This document shows positions 10,221-33,596 of a DNA stretch of 64,000 nucleotides, one piece after another. The notes under the pieces were generated by a model, which saw nothing but the letters and a program-made list of their open reading frames with translations, made no database searches and was not told the origin of the DNA. The position numbers and the translations under genes are program-made. Position 1 is the stretch's first letter. Each line of letters opens with the position of its first letter. Source of the DNA: the human T2T-CHM13v2.0 reference genome, Homo sapiens; NCBI RefSeq assembly GCF_009914755.1, contig NC_060934.1. One strand, written 5' to 3'.

Positions 10221-10364
10221 CAAAATAGGAGCATTTTCATGTAGAAATTTTAAAGGTAACCTTATAATTAGTTTAAATGACTGAGCCCACACAAGGAAAT
10301 AGGCTTTATTTTTACTTGTAAATTAAGCTTATTTATTTATTGTTATCAATTAGCTAAAACATGA

Positions 10365-10460
10365 ATATATGTGAGTATATATATATATATATACACACAC
10401 ACGTTCACACATATATGTATACACAATGCATACATATATAATCATATAAGTGTATATGTA
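10365..10460. repeat. (TA)n/(CA)n compound microsatellite
   Basis: Direct reading of the sequence. Confidence 0.85.
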
Positions 10461-11026
10461 AAACAAATATCTAACAGATATAACCAGTGGGTAACTCCAT
10501 ATTATCTCTGCCTTGGTCCTACTTTTGCTGACCTGATCCTGTGTCACCATCCTCTGAACCCATTTTTAATATTACCATAGTGTTCCTTGTTTTAGTCTCC
10601 TCTAAATATACATATAGACAAGTGCAGCTTTAGCTTAATCTCAGCTGCTGGGATTCAAACATGTCTGGCCACCTGTGGCAGTCGAGCGGTGTGGCCCCAT
10701 CAGGGATCATAGTACTGATCTAGGCAAGGGGCTTAGGAGGTTGCTGAGCTTCATCTAAACATGTCTTCTTTGTTCTGATGACTCCTGTGAATATCTGAGC
10801 AAAGATGACACATAGGAAGATTCTTTCTCCTTTATTAAAGTTCCTGGGATGCATCTGAAGCCTGTTATCCTAGGAATGAGTTTTCTATCCACTATCGATT
10901 TCTGTCTGAAACTTTTCTCTGTAAACTTTGATCTATGCCATGCCCATGAGAAGAGACTGTAGGATTTGGAGAGGAAAAGAACAATTTCTGGGATTGACAA
11001 TAATCTGAAGAGAGTCATTTTTGGAG

Positions 11027-11163
11027 AATAGTTAATGGATGCTGAGCTTAATACCTGGGTGATGATATGATCTATGCAGTAAACCACCATGGCACACATT
11101 TACTTATGCAACATACCTGGACATCGTGCACATGTACCCCTGAACTTAAAAGTTGAAAAAAAA
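11027..11163 (+). mobile_element. L1 3'-end fragment (L1PA15/16-like)
   Basis: GCTTAATACCTGGGTGATG...AAACCACCATGGCACAC...CATGTACCCCTGAACTTAAAAG plus A tail. Confidence 0.85.
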
Positions 11164-12999
11164 TGGCATCATTTTCGGTATATAAAACTTAGAGCATTTC
11201 TTTTGTTTTAATGGAAAATGTTTCTCTTGATGTAGTGACCTCTTAGTTTTCTCTGTTAAATTACGTCAAGTCCATGGTGTGTATGGTGTACTTTCAAGTG
11301 CAGCATTTTACTTAATTTGTCCAATATCAATGTGAGTTAGAATGTTAGAAATATGTTTTACTTTTTACAGATGAGGAAATTGAGGTGCAGGCTGTATTTA
11401 GCCTCGGCAATATAAATGGCCAGATTAATACCAACAGCAGCAGCAACAAAAGCTTAAATGTTGTGTAAAGGCATTACTTCCTTGAGTCTCCTGGAAGAAA
11501 TACAGAGACTTGCAGCCCTAGGTAAAAGTAGGCGATTTATATGAAAAAGGACGCTCATAGGTTATGACTTTGGAAATGATTGGCTGTTTGTAAAACGTGA
11601 CTTTAAAAATGATTCTGGTGATTAAGCATCTGTTTCAGTCCTAATTATATGCTTCTGGCTTTCATCATTTCTCTTTATTTTTTACCTCCTCATCATCATA
11701 CTACGTTTAGCTATTTTTTTTTTTTGGCTGTTTTTTCTGCTTATTTTCATGCTTGCCTAAGGAAAAATCACATACCTACAGCACTTTATTATTTGGCTTA
11801 CTAGAATGCCATCTAGAAATCACTATTCTCTTCCCTCTTTGTACTTTATTTCTATTATATGCACAGAAGACATTTGGAATTCATGGGCAAGATCATGGGG
11901 ATGATTTTTCAAGGTTACAATCATGCCTTATTCAATTTTGAGTGCCCTGGAGCATCTAGCATGGTGTTATAGAGGCAAGTGGTACATTCTTGTTGAATGA
12001 ATGCTCAAAGGAGAGGAGAACAAGACCAGAAATAAGGGTTTACATGCTTAAAAATGAAAGCAAAAATACAGGAGTGACCATGATAAAAAGAGAGAAAAAG
12101 ATTTATAAAAATGTATTCTTTATCATTATTTTGTTGTGCATAAAAGATTAAATTGTCAAAAAATGTAGACTGATGTTAAAAAAAGATCATCTTACACTCT
12201 ATGGAAACATATGGTTTTTATATATGTATTTATCCTATTCATTGACTTGCTAAAAGTAAACTGTCTACTCTGTGCTAGCCATTATAATGGGTGCTAGGGA
12301 TATAGTGGCGAGTCAAAACAGATATGATTTTTGTTTTCATGTTTTAGAACTACTGGGATATAAAGACTAAATACTAACAGTGTGATATTTAAGATTTGAT
12401 TGATTGTAAACAAAAGAAACAAAAATCAACATAGTAGAGACCAAAGTAGTCGATGTAAGTAAGAATTTTTGGCACATAAAACTGAAAAGTGGAGGTTATT
12501 TATTTGGCATGGTTGGACGAGGGGACCGTCACTCTGTGTTTCCTGGGCTGGTTTTGCTCTTCAGTAGCTCATTCTCAGGCAGGCTTTCTCCACATTCTAG
12601 CCACATAGCCCATAGTAGCTTCTGCTTTACACAAGCCTTCGCATCTGTGATCCCAGAAGAAGACAGATTCTCCTTTCTCTGTTGGTCCAGCTAGGACGAC
12701 TTCTTCTTGAACTAGTAATCACTATGATTTAGAAGAAGTGGGCTGATTATTCAAGTCTGTGGTGGAAGTATGAAACTGCACCTTCCCTTAAGCCACATAC
12801 AATGTGGCTTAGAAAGAGTGTTTATGTGTTAGAAGAAGCAGGAAGAGATGATAGGCCGGCAAAAATACATGAGAGTCACCATAAATACTACTAGAAATAC
12901 AGAAATTATTGATTTGAAGAAAAGGAACAGAATTCTATAAATCAAGTCAAAATGGTGAAAATAGCTAAAATAAAATGGAAATAATATTGCTAACATATA

Positions 13000-15240
<2,241 letters not shown>

Positions 15241-15371
15241 AATAAAATAAGGCCTGGTATAGATTGTTAATGATCAATATTCAAGAACTGACTAATTCAG
15301 TCAAGTGTTGGACTTAAGTTGCACAACTGGAAAAATAGTAAAGTCATTTACAGGAAAACCTGAAAGCAGAC

Positions 15372-16220
15372 CAAGATATCTCTCAAAAGAAGAAATACGA
15401 GAAGCCAACAAACACATGAAAAAATGCTCAACATCATGAATCACTGGAGAAGTGTAAATTAAAACCACAGTGAGACATCATCTTACACCAGTCAGAATGG
15501 CTTTTATTAAAAAGTCAAAAAACAACAGATGGTGTGAATGTGGAGAAAAGGGAACACTCATAGTGTTTTAATAAACCAAGACTTTTAATAAAAAGTTCAG
15601 TGTATTCATACACTGTTGGTGGGAATGTAAAATAATTCAACCTCTATGGAAAAAAGTGTGGCAGTTTCTCAAAGAACTAAAAATAGAACTACCATTTTAC
15701 CCAGCAATCTTACTACTGTATCTATCTCAAGGAAAAGAAACCATTATATGAAAAGAGGTACCTGCACTCATACATATATTGCAGTACTACTTACAATAGC
15801 AAAGTAAGGGAACCAACCTAAGTATCCACCAAAGATTAATTGGACAAAGATAGTATATATACACTGTGGAGTAGTGTGCAGCCATAAAAATAATGAAATC
15901 ATGTTCTTCGAGGCAACGTGGATGGAGCTTGAGGTTATTATCCTAAGTGAACTAACACAGAAAATCAAATATTACATGTTCTCACTTATAAGTGGGAGCT
16001 AAACATAGGTATGCGTGGACATAAAGATGATGTAAGTAGACTCTGGGGACTTTAAAATCAGGAAGGGAAGAAGGAGGGTTAGAGTTGAAAAATTACCTAT
16101 TGGGTACAATGTCCAATTTTGGTGTGTTGGGTATACTAGAAGCCCAACCCCCATTATTACACAATATATCCGTGTAACAAACAAGCACATATACCCTCTG
16201 AATCTAAAACTTAAAAGAAA
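15372..16220 (+). mobile_element. L1 3' portion (L1PB4/L1MA-age)
   Basis: CATGAAAAAATGCTCAACATC...ATGTTCTCACTTATAAGTGGGAGCTAAAC...TGAATCTAAAAC. Confidence 0.85.
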
Positions 16221-16709
16221 GGGAAAGAAAACACCTATATCGAATTGATGTCTTCAGTTCCTTCTTACTAGGGAAACCGTCGTGGTATCACTTAACCAGA
16301 GAAATGAAGGTAAATATTTTAGCAGTATTATTTTTATTTTGTTCCTTTGGGGTCCACATTCTTTTCTCTCTTCCTCTGTATTTGATGTCCATTATTTGAT
16401 TCAGATCTGTATTACTTACTTTGTTCATACATATTTTATTTGTGAGATGATTTCTGTGCATAGAAGGAAGTCTCAGATTGCACATGGCTTATTCTACAAA
16501 TTGCATTCAGATATGTCTGAATACTGACAGGGAATGCTTGTCAAGATCCTACTTATTGGGAGGACTTTGGTGTTTCCTCAAGAAGACCCGCTGTAAAAGG
16601 AAACGTGAGTTAGGCAGAGAAACTTGACTCAGAAGCTTGACTCAGTTATATATTAGAGGCTATTGTCATGGGTGGATGATATAAAAAATATATAACATGA
16701 TGTCATTAA

Positions 16710-17073
<364 letters not shown>

Positions 17074-17484
17074 TAATGAAAGAGGAACTCTGTGTTGAGG
17101 AAACAGGATGGTCTGAATTGATACGTACCTATTCTACTGGTATAAATACATAGAAATGCTGGATTAAGTAACATAAAATAATTTTTAAATATTACCAAGC
17201 TCAAGAGAAAAAAATATGGGAGAAATGCCCAGATAGGAATACAAAAATCAAAGGAATAGTTGTAAATTATAGTTGATGATAAGACAATCCTCAGGGTAGT
17301 AGATATAGGGAAGGAGGCTCTAGTTTTAACTAGAATATGAGGACAGGGCTTTTGATCTATTTCCTGTGCTGAGTGAGGATCTGCAACCAATATTTTGCAT
17401 AAAGTTGAGATCTTCAGAGAGCTTCCATCTGTGAAGTGTACTAGAAAAATTAAGGAACATGGAGAAGCAGCAATAGCTCAAACT

Positions 17485-22432
<4,948 letters not shown>

Positions 22433-22837
22433 TAAGTACAAAATTCTCCCAAGACACCAAACAGCAAGACATACAACTGGAAATGAAATCTGATTTTTAT
22501 GAAATGTCTCTTTGCAGATTAGTATGTCTAAATTATGGGTAACAGATTATAATCTTCTGGGACCTTTCCAGGAAATAGCAGGTCAATGCCATTCTCAGAG
22601 CCTGAGTCTTTTATACTCTGGAGCAATGCCTGTGTAGTAATTTCTGGTCACAGATGACTAAATACTCAATAGCCTGTGGGCCAATTTGTGATTTTTACAT
22701 TGCATATACTAAAGGGAAAAATTAGGGGTATTAACACCTAAGGAATGTTCCTGCAGAGCCATGGTCTCACTATTTTCTGAAACCAGCTGCTCTGGAAGGT
22801 GGACATTTCTTCCATTTACCAGTCCTGGAATACATTA

Positions 22838-23245
22838 CAGTAGTCAATCCTTACTGGTGGTTTGCTTGCATGATTTCAGTTAACCTGCAATCAACCATGG
22901 TATGTACATAGGTGAACACAGTACAATAAGATATTTTGAAAGACAGAGACATAGAGAGAGTGAGCACATTCACATTACATTTATTACAATATATTGTTAT
23001 AATTCTATTTTATTACTAGCTGTTGTTACTCTCTTACTATGCCTAATTTACAAATTAAACTTCCCAATATGTATATGCATACATTAGTGTATACATTTAT
23101 GTATATATATAGGTATGTGTATATATACACTATATTTCCTATGGAGGAAAAAATAGTATATATAAGGTTCAGTACTGCCTGCAGTTTCAGACATCTACTA
23201 GGGGTCTTGGGATTAATTCCCCACAGATAAGGAAGGGCTTCTCTA
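22838..23245. mobile_element. TcMar-Tigger fossil (MER44/Tigger7-like)
   Basis: CAGTAGTC terminus with ACAGTACAATAAGATATTTTGA and AGGTTCAGTACT motifs; same family as 61071-61753. Confidence 0.7.
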
Positions 23246-23248
23246 CTT

Positions 23249-23442
23249 CAGTGGCGTGATGATAAATGTTTAACAACTGAACTTCCCAGGGGAAAAAAAG
23301 CTTGCATTTGTAGCATTTTCTGATTTCCAAGGTAAAAATTACTCCACCATGGTCAATTTCAGGCTATCACTGTGCCTCACTGAAAGTGAGTTTGGGAAGA
23401 AATGGTCTCAGGTGAGCCAGTGTGAGCCAGCCCCAGGACACT
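23249..23442. mobile_element. hAT fossil (MER63-like)
   Basis: CAGTGGCGTGATGATAAATGTTTAACAAC...GTGAGCCAGTGTGAGCCAGCCCCAG. Confidence 0.6.
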
Positions 23443-25056
23443 AATGTCTTTGTTGTTATTTGCCTGTCAGAACAGAAGGGCAGATGTGAGTGAGGCTGAA
23501 AAAGAAGTGAGATGACCTCTTTAGATTTTCTGTCTTTATGATACCATACCCTCAACTTTGAGAGTATGATGGAATAGATAATATAAACTAGTATACATAC
23601 CTATTTCAAATTTGCTTGACTTCTTTACCGACACTATTAAAATCTAAAATGAAAATTTGCGTAGTGATTCCCAAGATTGAATTTTCAACAACAAGGAGGA
23701 CAATTAGTTCCCTCAAAGAGTGAATCATATAAAACCAGAAAATCCAAGTTTAATAACCAATCAACTGCAACTTAGATAAGAACCATCTACAGAGGGATTA
23801 CTTAAAATGAAAGTCACTATCACGGTTGTTTTTGATTCTTTTATCTTTTATAGCACTAACTCAACCCTTGTCCCCATCTTGATCTTCTCTGTGATTATAG
23901 TTAGTGTTGTGGACTATTAGGCCAAAGTTCAGACGCAAGAAACAAAGATAAAGCAACGTAAATTTGAACTTTGAAATGCTGCTGCTTCTCTGTGATAGAA
24001 ATTTAGTTTCACTGAGTGGCAAGTGAAATGACACCAGGCAGAAAACTCATGTGTCAGTGGGAGGGAAAAGGAATAAAAGAAAGCTATTAAACCATCACAA
24101 GCTATGAAGAAAATTCAAGAAATCTGTCAACATCCTTTCAAAGGAAAGATTCTCTCTTCATATCTCTTAATGCCAATATTTCAGAGTAAAATCTAGACTA
24201 TACACGAAGTATCTATTTTAATCCTTTAGAAATAGATAGTTTGGTTAAGTAGGAAAGGTAGAATCCTTGAAATTTTAGCTTATCTTTTACTGAAAAGTTA
24301 GGGTAGTCAGTATGTTCTCACTTTTTTTCTGTACCTAAGTAGCCCAGGCAGTTGGAGGAGAGTTATAACAGGTGTTAAGATGGTTTTGAGATCTAATTTA
24401 AAGGTTCTAATGGTGTTGTGGCTATGCCTAGTCCTAAAATCTACAGTTATGAAAATAAATTCTCTTCATTATGGAGAGAATTGAAACCTTTCAAAGTTGG
24501 TATGTAGACTCATATTTTTAAATTTCAGGTATCTGTTGATTCTGTCTTCAATTTGGCATTAGATGAAAGTCAGCAATGCAGGAGCTGCTCACAATCAAGC
24601 TTTCAATTCCAGCTTAACTTCTAATCTTTAAATGCAAGACTGTGCAAATCTCATTTTGGCCTCAGACACCAAGAAGCTGCCTCTTTAAAGAAGCCTAAAA
24701 ATGTCAACTAATCAATGTACAATATGCAGTTTGAAAATGAACTATTAATACAAAGACAGAGCAAATGAAATCTAAAAGGCTGGGGGTAAGACAGAATACC
24801 ATGTATTAATAAATAGGATTATATATATTTTTCTAGTTTCTCCAAAATGGAGTTGGAACATAAACAACAATAAATCAAACACACTTTGTTTGAATCTGAA
24901 AAAAAATCATGGAAAGGAGTAACTGAAAGATGTCTATGAAAGCTTTGAGATAAATAAATTTAGAACAAATAAAATATTGGTTTACATGGTGGGTAGCCAA
25001 AGAAGGACATTATAAAATATCAAAAAAGTATTTTAAAAAGTCGTGGATGGGAGATA

Positions 25057-25715
25057 TAGTCCGTCCTGGTTATTCATGGGTACCATAGTTGCAAATTCAT
25101 CTATTTGGTCCAATGTGTATGTGACCCCCATACTCTCAATGCCTTGTCATTCACAGACATGCAGAGCAGTAAAAAATTTGAGTCACTAACATGCATGTTT
25201 CCAGCTGAGGTGCAAATGGGCAATGCTTTGGTTTCTTTTTTCACCTCTTGGACTGTCAACAAGTGTCTTTTTTGAGACCTAATTTAGTGCCATATTTTTT
25301 GAATTCTTTTTTTTTTTTTTTTGCTTTTTTTTTGTGACTTCACTGTTAATGGCCTGCAGGCATAGTGCTGAAGTGCCGTCTAATGTTCTTAAGCACAAGA
25401 AGGCTGTGATGTGCCTCACAGAGAAAATACAGATACTTGGTAAGCGTAGTTCAGGTGTGAGTTACAGTGCTGATGGCTGTGAGTTCAACGTTAATGAATC
25501 TATTATATATATAACAACAACATACATAATGAATCAACAAGAACTAGGAGGGTCTTTAAACAGAAACACACATTAAAAACAAGGTTTTCTATTCACTGGC
25601 TGAGGAAAATGTGACCAGAAACTCACAGGAATCTAACTGTGTCTATCCCTTAGGAATTCAGTGTTTTTAGAGACTTCATAGACTATAACTGCTGGGAATA
25701 ATGAGAATTAACCAT
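25057..25715. mobile_element. TcMar-Tigger fossil (MER82-like)
   Basis: GCAGAGCAGTAAAAAATTTGAGTC and CACAAGAAGGCTGTGATGTGCCTCACAGAGAAAATAC motifs. Confidence 0.7.
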
Positions 25716-26211
25716 ATATAATGTGCTAAAAAAGGAAGCTTAGGGTGTTTGAAAGATGCGTCCACAACATTTTAAGGTTGTTCAGTGTGGTGTGTTACAT
25801 GAAAACTGCTTTGAATCAGTCAGAAGCAAAAACTAGACTGAGTCCAACTAGTCTGATGCAGTAGGTAAAGTCTTTTTGTTTTCAACTGATTATTTTGAAA
25901 GAAGTGGCAAAAAAAAAAAAAAACCAACCTAGTGCCTTATTTGAATAATGGTAATCCATGGAAATTGTGTGTAAGGGTGAGGGTGTGGATCATAAAATTG
26001 GAAAGAGCTTTGGCATCCACTTCTTTGTCTAAGGATCTGATAACAACTTATGAGTACCATTTGTCTCCTGAATTATTATTGATTAGACTGAGATGGTGGG
26101 ATTTATTTATCTTTTCCTGGAAAGTGGTCCTATGTTTTAATTACTACAGAATCTTATAAGAAATCTGACCATGTCCCACTGTAAAAATTGAGTTAATATT
26201 AATATTTGTGA

Positions 26212-26535
<324 letters not shown>

Positions 26536-26999
26536 TGAATAAAATCGAAGAACATAGGGATATAATATAAAGTGCTTTCAAACTCTGGAACAGAAAGCTA
26601 TTAACTTTTTAAAAAGTGGAAATATTCTCTTAACTAGTGTGTCATTAATATTTGATTTGAAAATGAATTTACTATAACCTATAAAGCTGATAAAAAAAAA
26701 GGAATGCATAATAAGTTCCTAGGTTTAAGAATTAGAGCTTTAAAACATATGTATCTGTTCCAGGAATTCTAGCACACTAGAATATAGTACATTATTGCTA
26801 TATCATTACCATAACAAAGAACTTCCTTTATGCCTTTTAAGATTATGATAGTGTGGGGAAGGGGAGCAGTGAACAGAATTATGCTTTAGATGAAACTGAA
26901 TCAAGGTGATGATCAGTTTTCTCTGGCCTGGCACTGGCAAAGAAGAGCCTAACACTGAACAATGTCTTTCCTTGACTTACGGAGCAAATTGCAAGTTAC

Positions 27000-27553
27000 A
27001 GGTTAGGGAAACCATGAATGAAAGAGCAGATGGGGACTGTGATTGATGACTTTTGGTTTTGCCATCAGTCTCCATTAATTTTTCTCTAGGAAGAGTACTC
27101 CAGTTTTCTTCTGGTGAACCACACCTTTCTCTTATTCTTAGTCCATGTGCTGGGGTGGCAGACCTGGAACTCAGTCTAGACCTTTCCAAACACTGCCTTG
27201 TACCAGCCACAAGGATTGGTTTAATGATGGACTTAAAACCAACCAGAGTCAAGGGCACATCTGCTGGGCCTGTTGGGAAAGGGAAATGTGTGTTTTCATT
27301 GCAGCGTTGGGCCTCTGCCACCAAGGGGGATGGTTAACTGGCTCTTCTCAGAGCTACTGACAAAATCTGATAATAAAGCCAACACAGAGGAAGACAGGGC
27401 TAAGGGAAGGAAATTGATTCCTGCGACTGCTTCACACTCTGAATGGGACTTTTCAGCTACATCAGCAATAATTTCCTCTTATTTCCTGTTTTGCTTTAAA
27501 TGCCAATTTGATTCAGGTTGTTTACCCTTACAATTAAACGTGTCCTAAGTTAC
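27000..27553 (+). mobile_element. Old MaLR LTR (MLT1-like), degraded
   Basis: The 3' end resembles MLT1J/K (...CTTACAATTAAACGTGTCCTAAGTTACA); the 5' boundary is uncertain. Confidence 0.4.
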
Positions 27554-27746
27554 AGATACTTAACTCTTCTAAGTCCTGAATTTCAGAACTGATAACTGCT
27601 TTAGTATCAAATCTCACATCTTACCTTTCTAAGCGTGATATAGAAGCAAGTGAGTAATAATTTATTGTATTTTTGAAGAACGAATATATGGGATTTCTTC
27701 CTGACATTGTAGAGAATTTAACCTTGGCTCTATAGAGGCTGACTAA

Positions 27747-28070
<324 letters not shown>

Positions 28071-29329
28071 TAAATACTTCTTTAATATAATAATAATAAT
28101 TATTATTTTTTTCTGCTTGCTTGAATTTTTGTGTAAGGCTGAAAATATTTTAAATTTAGTACTTCTCAACTTGTCTTAGGATATTTTGACTACAAATATC
28201 CGTCAGTGGCATGTCCATTGTGTTATGAAAATTCTTTTCTATTTTAAGGAAAAATGTACAGACATCTCCATTCATTAAGTTAAAATAGGTTGATGGACTC
28301 AGTTGTAAAATATTTGGACAAAATTCCAGTTATAATCTCTATAATTTTGCTTTAGTTGTGCCAGTGGGAAGGTTCAGATATAATTGCTCTTAGTTTCTAA
28401 GATGATTTATATGAAAAAGTTGAAGCTTCTGCGTCATAAAAGATTTTATGCACAACTATGCCAAATCAGTTTTGTTTTTTTAGCTTGAGTATCTGCTGCA
28501 AGAATGAAATATAGAATTAGGTAATCTTCCTGGTAGGGCATATTCTGTACAGTTGGGTTGCCAATCAAAATGATTGAATCAATACATCTAGATCATATTT
28601 GATAAAGTCAGCAAGCAGACTTGTGCCTTCGAGAGTCATCTTATAAATTTGACCTTTAACTTGAAAAAGCAAATTGTGCTTCTTTGATTTTTGATTTCAC
28701 CTAGTCATAAACTAGTCAGGGCCTCTTATACTATTTCATTAATTTCAGCACAGAATTCATTTTCAAAAATATAACTCTCTAATAAATTCAGAAAAAGAAA
28801 AATATATTAATAACTTAAAAGTCATTTAGGGAGACTATGGGCAAGTTCAGAGACTGCAAGTTCTTGGCAACTACTGGGTATTCCAGGGAGCCATCTCCTT
28901 CCTAAAAGATAACTCAATCATGAAATTCACTGGGCATTCATCAGCTTTTAAAGATATACTGCTTCTTAAAGGTTAGAATGCAGGGACGAAAACTGACTGT
29001 ATTACACCAATTCTAATCTAAAGATAATGCCTAAATGGGTCTTGAAAATAGCTTATTAACTCAGCAAAGGTGAACCCTAGAAAAAAGCTCAAAAATGAAT
29101 TCAATGGGCTTTTTCTTTTTACAGATTTATAATTCTTCTTTACTAGTGGAATGATAAATCATATCTATAGACACATAGATTCATAGAATAAATAATAGAA
29201 ATGAGGGAGAACATAGAAATAATTTGGCCAAACCTCTCATTTTAGATAGAAAATTAAACACATTACAAATAGAATGAAAAAATAAATTTAAGAATTCAAG
29301 TTGTTTTATTTTTTTAGTTTACATTTAAA

Positions 29330-29676
<347 letters not shown>

Positions 29677-30321
29677 TAATTTAAAAAGTCAATAGTACCA
29701 TAGGGATTATAATTTTAAAAAGCAGTCCTCTGTCCCAACTCTTTGATAATAATGCTGATAGGACAATAATGATAAAATAAGTATTTTGGGAAAGTGAACT
29801 ACATTGCATTCCATGATAATATTTGCTTCGATGTACAGATTCTCTTGGACAATACTTGCGTTCCTCCCCCTTCACCACAATTTTTCTTAGTTTTCTCTGA
29901 CAGAACTGTAAAACTGTTCTCAACATAATTGAATACACTGGGTTCCTCCTACTCCCAAGTTCCCTTTGGGGACATAACTCCCAGAGATTGAGAGATACAA
30001 TCTAATTGCAGTAGGGGCTACTCTCTGCTGATGCATTCTCCAGGACTGTTCCACAGTTGTCATTTATTATCTATAAATGATTTTTGCTTCTTTTCTTTGT
30101 AGAATTCACCTTCCTGGATCCCATGTCTTCTTTCTTCGTTTTCTTCTTGCTTTCTGTAAAGCATATAGTCTATTTGCTTCTTGAGAAGTGTTGCTTTGAA
30201 AGTAAAGTTTTTGCGACCTTATTTGTCTGAAAATATTATTCTCCTCCCTTTAAACTTCCTTGCTAATGTTGCACAGAATTCCAGGTTAAAAATTATTTTC
30301 AGTTCGTAATTCCAAAGTACT

Positions 30322-30715
30322 TGTCAAAGCCAAAATAAAAATGTGGAAACAAATCTTGAAATTTAATGTTTTAGTTTGGAAGAAAGAATTGCATTTCAGG
30401 GCATACACACAGACCAAGTGGTCTCAGGTTTGTCCAAAGAACAGAGAGAAGATTAGAGGTTTTACAAAAATAGAAATGTTATGTATCACTCTCGAAGAAA
30501 GTTCATTGGCATTAATTAGGGATTGAGGAGGTAGCTAGCTTCAACTGGTAAGCAATGGTGGTGGGCAAAATTATTCCTGAATTTGCAGCAAGTTATCTCA
30601 AAAGCTATAGGTAAAACTGGTTTCAGGTTGCAATAGTTTAAACAGTCAGGCTTGCAGAGAAGTACTTTCTTGGAGCAATATTTTGTACCCTGAGTGATTT
30701 TTCCCCATGGCTTCT
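30322..30715 (-). mobile_element. ERV1 LTR (MER67-like), partial
   Basis: TGTCAAAGCCAAAATAAAA...GAATTGCATTTCAGGGCATACACACAGACC. Confidence 0.65.
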
Positions 30716-31159
30716 CAAATTTTTCTTCTGGGTCTTCTATTGAATTTTTAACTTACGTTATTAAATTTTAAAATGCCATATTCCCTTTTAATTCTTTGCA
30801 TATTCTTGTAAAATGGCTTTCTATTTTTATATCACAATAAAATTTATTTTCTCATCTGTATGAAGATACACATTAGTCTTTTACGTTTTTAAAATTGCTC
30901 TCTAAACTTTTTCTGTTCATTGAAGTTTTTCTTTCTTTACTTTGATTCCTAGTTTCTTGTTTCACATTTTCGTTAAATATTTATTACTATCCTTATTCTT
31001 ATTTTTATTATAAACCATTGGGACCCTATTAATCTGATCAGATGATCTGTGTACATGAGTGGTGCTTATCAAATGAAGGCCTTAGGATGGCGTTCTGGTC
31101 ATTTCATAGGAGCATCCTCCTAATGTTAGTATGATGGTCAGTTTTACCTGTAACCTTTG

Positions 31160-31475
31160 CTAAGTTGCAGTCCTAAGTTATTCAATGAATAGTAATTCTG
31201 ATATTGCTGGAAAGGTACTTTGTAGCTCTGATTAAAGTCCACAATCAGTTGATCTATAAGGGAGAATATCCCAATATAATCTGGGTGGGCCTGATTCAAT
31301 CAGTTGCAAGAAATTAGGAGCAGAACTCAGGTTTCCCTGAAGAAGAAGAAATTCTGCCTATGGATAGCAGCTTCACCTTGTGTTCAAGAATTCTAGCCTG
31401 CCTTCCCTAATGGCCTGCCCCATAGATTTCAGATTCGCCTAGTCAGGCACCATAATTACATAAGCTAGTTATAAT
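31160..31475 (+). mobile_element. ERVL LTR (MLT2-like), partial
   Basis: AATCTGGGTGGGCCTGATTCAATCAGTTG...GAAGAAATTCTGCCT. Confidence 0.65.
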
Positions 31476-32020
31476 TTCAATTTTAAAATTTAAATACCCC
31501 TTACTCCTGCCTTCAGTTGTTCCTGGTTTCCTGAGTCCCGAGAGTCTCAGATTCAACACCTCTTAAGGGCACCCTTTCTTTGTTTTGGGTCAGGGCAGCC
31601 TTCTGTCTGCATGAGCTCAAAGTCTGGACTGTTTTCTTCAACGGGTCTCTATTTAAACCCCACCCAAAGTTCAGCTTTCAGTGGTATGTTAGCTGGTCTC
31701 TTCACCTCTTGTACTGCTCTGAGTCGTGGTGGAAATTGGTTTCCTTTTTACTGTACTCTTTTGTAAGCTGTTGGGTTTCATCATTCTGCTAAATGCTGAG
31801 TCAGTTACTGCTTGTCTCTTTTCTGTCTCCAATGTTCGTTTGATGTGTCTTACCTGTTATAATTCCCTCTTCTGTTCTTGTAAATTGTGAATTTCCTTTC
31901 TGAAAGTCCTTTAACTTCATGTTAACATTGATTTTGGTTTAGGGCAGAGGTTAACACTTAAATGCAATCTGTGTTTAATTGAGAATTTCCTTTCCTCCTC
32001 CTTATTTAAAGAAGGTGTTA

Positions 32021-32318
<298 letters not shown>

Positions 32319-33596
32319 AAGAAGGTGTTATTTTAAAAATGCAGAAAGAAACTTGTGTGTTCTTTGCACGTGTTCCTCCAAAAACTAAACCCGTGAAGTC
32401 TTTAGGAAGCAATTTCAGCTCCTCAAATCCTTCAACAAGTGGTTATAGACTGAGTTTATAACTAATGGTCGTGTAATAGGCTAGCAATGGTATTATAGAG
32501 TGTTCTCTTTAAGCTGTCCACAGTGCTGTGGGTTTCATTATTCATCAAGATATTAAAAATGCATGCACTGGGTCTTGGAGTCTTTTCAATTCAAATTTAG
32601 ATAGGAATCTAGATACAAACAGCTGTTTTTCCTCCTTGTATCTAAACAAGCCTTAAAACTAAGAGGTTTAACTACATATGTCCCAAATAAAGAATATGGT
32701 ATATTCTCTTAGCTTTTAGTATTTTAAGGTAATTTTATTCAAAATCTTATATAACTATATATACTTACATTAAAACAAGGTAAAAAAACATTTACTGTAA
32801 AATTATTTCTGATTTTAACACGTTTAACATATTTCTTTATTGGCAATTTACTATGTTTTTTTCCTCAACTGATAATTGATTCAAAAATTGCTTTGACCTT
32901 AACTAGTCTTTGCTTTTCATCTTCATCCAAGTGCTAAATAATTATTCATTCTCCAAGCTCCTCGGTGAAATAAAAGATATTTCAGTAATAATCACTTATT
33001 TCTTTTTACACTAAGAAATTCAGACCTAGAGAAGGAAAGGGACTTTAAATAGTTACCTTTATAGTAGAGAGCAAATAATACAGGATCAGACTACAAATTT
33101 CTCAGTCTCTCCTGTACATCTCCTAATATTTCTGATGAAACTTGCCAGCAAAAGTCAATCATTCAGAATCAGTTGTAGATATCTGTTTCTTTCATTAACA
33201 GTCTAACAGGGTCAATACAGTAAATTTAGGTGGCAAACTTATTCAGGAAAGCAAGAGAACTATCTTTCACCAAGATGATAGTTAACTGTTAGAGCAAACA
33301 CAGTATTCTTATTTGCATTTAGAAGTTGATTGCTATCTTTTGTGAACTTTTGATTACTTCAGAGCTAAACTTTTTCTATTTTGGTAGAATAATTTAAAAG
33401 CACAAGAGATTTGAAATGAATTAGTTATCCAGCCAGAGAGCAGAATGTTAAGTTTTAAAGAAATGGTTCAGATTTTATTTTAGTTGGAAGAGACTGGAAT
33501 ACATATGTGAACAATGGCCTGAGTACTGTCACAAAAGCAAACCCATGCATTGATTGACAGGAAAGTAAAATCAATTTACATTGAAATCAATGGATG

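Noticed and set aside
10640-11010. Unique, moderately GC-rich stretch that might be a pseudogene fragment
   Set aside because: No frame I translated gave a recognisable protein.
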